DNA of 64,000 nucleotides from Raillietiella orientalis (taxonomy: Eukaryota). The notes under the pieces were generated by a model, which saw nothing but the letters and a program-made list of their open reading frames with translations, was not told where the DNA came from and searched no databases. Both the position numbers and the translations under genes were made by a program. The stretch lies in assembly GCA_036172245.1 (NCBI GenBank), contig JAYWIR010000029.1, positions 2,852,001-2,916,000 of the forward strand, written 5' to 3'. This document shows positions 62,001 to 64,000 of the stretch, piece after piece (positions within the stretch are counted from its first letter, which is position 1; each line of letters opens with the position of its first letter).

Positions 62001-63205
62001 GCTGTGTATGCTGAATATGTAATACGCATGCCAGGTTTGCTGGTGTCTCCTGCATCTGAAATTCGACAGAAGAAATTTGTATTTAAAGTGTGTTCTTCAG
62101 GTATGAGTTTTTCTATGGATTACTTTTCACTTTCTCTTGTAGGTATGACTTTATTCCTAGCTGGACAATCACACAGTGAGATGTCTCGTTGGATGAATAA
62201 ATTGGGCCTTGCTGCTATTGCTTTTAATGAGGACATGAACGAAAATCGTATTTGTGATATGTCATCTGCTTCAAGCAAGGGCGGAATTCCACTAGCAAGA
62301 CTACAGAACCCCTATTTACCTAGAAACAGGTTACTTCGAGGGTGTAAAGAGACCATCAATCCTAGCATAGGATTTGTTACATATAAAAAGATAAGACCTC
62401 CTGGAGTTCATATATTGACTGAAGAAAATAAATCACAAATGCTAAGAACAGATAGTGCTTCCATCATCCCTAAATCATCATATGATAGAGATATCCCTCA
62501 TGCTGCGGATGTGCTTACATCAGACAAGCCATCTTCTCCTCTGTTAGGCGTTCAGTCTGTGATACAGTCCAGTGAATGTTCGGCATTAAATGGTGTTCAA
62601 AACGAAAACAATTCCACAGAGGTGCCTCCACTTTTGCCTCCCAAACTATCTTCTGTTTCTTTAGATTGTAGACCTAAACCTCCAGCAATTAAGCGCCCAC
62701 CAATTAAAATGAAAGGGAACCCTTTAGAAGAATCTGAATCAAATATTCCATCGGTAGAAAAACCATCAGAAGCTTCCAAGCCACGCTTTTCGGACCGTAA
62801 AACACCATCGCGGATTCGCAAAACTCATCACTCGGGTTTAGCTTTACCTTTAAAGAAACCATCTTGTTATCATCCCCTAACAAGGATTCATCTTCGTACT
62901 TCACCAATGTGCACTGCGTTTGAAATGACTCTTGATCATGTGGAAATGGGTGGTGGTCAGGGTGAAAGTTCATCAGCTGTGAAATCGTCCACGAAGTTAC
63001 CATTAGAGCAAAAGTGCTTTCCTAAAGTAAGTAAACAAATTGCAATGCATGCATTCCCTGATGTACATCGCAGCTCACTATGGGAGTAGCAATGCTGGGG
63101 AAAAATCGACGTTCTGAGGTTTCCTCATCCAACCATACAAGTATAGGTGTTGCAGGTGCACCAAACTTTTCCAGTGCTTCTACAGAAAAGCCTTCTAATC
63201 CATAA
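56091..63205 (+). CDS. cnk: Connector enhancer of kinase suppressor of Ras (SAM-CRIC-PDZ-PH scaffold), ~835 aa
   Basis: Exons 56091-56148, 56813-56976, 57040-57236, 57338-57584, 59729-59858, 59906-60134, 60182-60284, 60331-60412, 61759-61940, 62001-62100, 62143-63026 and 63074-63205 are phase-consistent. SAM (W..ENVANWLKGL, VDGKQLL, KLGH), CRIC (ETLQ..A..L, LLNWLHRNPF, ELATNAQR), PDZ (IEKGDQIVQV...VVGWQ, RRPRH) and PH (KGWL, KWARRYFILKG, EMSRWMNKL). The middle and last exons are less certain. Confidence 0.9.
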
Positions 63206-64000
63206 ATTTCAATTATCGACCGAATTTTTGGTAGTGAACGGAACAAAAAATTATCTGATTGTGATTATGTAATTTATCATTCCATTACTAATCATTGACA
63301 GTATTTATGTAAAGAAAGGTTCAAATATATTAAGAAATTTTATCATTGTTGCCCTATTAGTTGTAAATCACGTTAATTTAATATTCCTTAACATAATCGG
63401 ATGATCTGTGTTTAGCTCATAATATAAGCAGCTTTACCAAGGAAAATCTGGTGTCTGCCTAGTTGGTTTTATGGTTCGCACCACAGATTCGAACCATTTT
63501 TTTTCTCCATCATTTTCCCGGTTAATCGGCGCCCACTGCATGTAACATACTTCTTGAAGTTAACATAGATAAACCTTGCTCCTTTTGTCGCATAAATGCT
63601 TGCCGTCTGGTGTTTCCCACTTCATCTGTTTTCCAACTTGTGGAGTAGTTGTCCACAACGTCCTCACCCACACGCACACCCAAAAAAAAGTTTCACAGTT
63701 CTGCTGCTATTGAAGGAATTACTGTGTTAGCATTTTCCCCGTAGTTGATATGTGCTACTATGAGTTACAAAGTCTTAAGTATGGTGCTTGCCAACGTTCT
63801 TGCAAGTGGGAATTTGTTATAGCAGTTCTCATGAAAGGTCAATAGATTGAACATCAGTCTGGTCAACAAACGTTTCGTGTAAGCATTTGAAAAATTAAGT
63901 GCCTGATCGCATGGCAGTTCTGTTTCTAAAAGCACTATTCTCAAATCTTTATTTAGGAAAAATTTTGGGAGAGTTTTGGGTTCATTATACCTGAGTTGAC

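Noticed and set aside
1..64000. CRISPR array, rRNA/snRNA genes, hammerhead ribozymes, prokaryotic operons
   Set aside because: No regularly spaced repeats, no rRNA/snRNA signatures and no complete CUGANGA...GAAA core with stems were found by eye; the genes have spliceosomal introns.

Overview
Eukaryotic (invertebrate animal, probably arthropod) genomic DNA with two contrasting domains. The left ~1-23 kb is GC/CpG-rich and made of decayed mobile-element sequence; it includes five diverged copies of a TG-started, LTR-like repeat, three of which begin with a tRNA-like module. Most long ORFs in the ORF track here are spurious. An 8-exon, signal-peptide/GPI-type 5'-nucleotidase (CD73/apyrase family) gene spans 15495-38918 (+). 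Its large introns hold a histone H2B pseudogene, transposon relics and a cluster of perfect palindromes. The right ~44-64 kb is AT-rich and gene-dense, with many 39-55 bp introns: sorting nexin 1/2 (+), OST3/TUSC3/MAGT1 (+), SRD5A3/DFG10 polyprenol reductase (-, only fragments in the ORF track, with a GC-AG intron) and CNK/CNKSR (+). The most notable observations are three. (1) Two N-glycosylation-pathway genes sit tail-to-tail with only 33 bp between stop codons. (2) The nucleotidase keeps all metal ligands but has changed two substrate-binding residues. (3) The LTR-like repeat has a tRNA-like head, and individual copies carry templated inverted duplications. All gene models were spliced by hand from GT/GC-AG sites and phase; no database searches were run.
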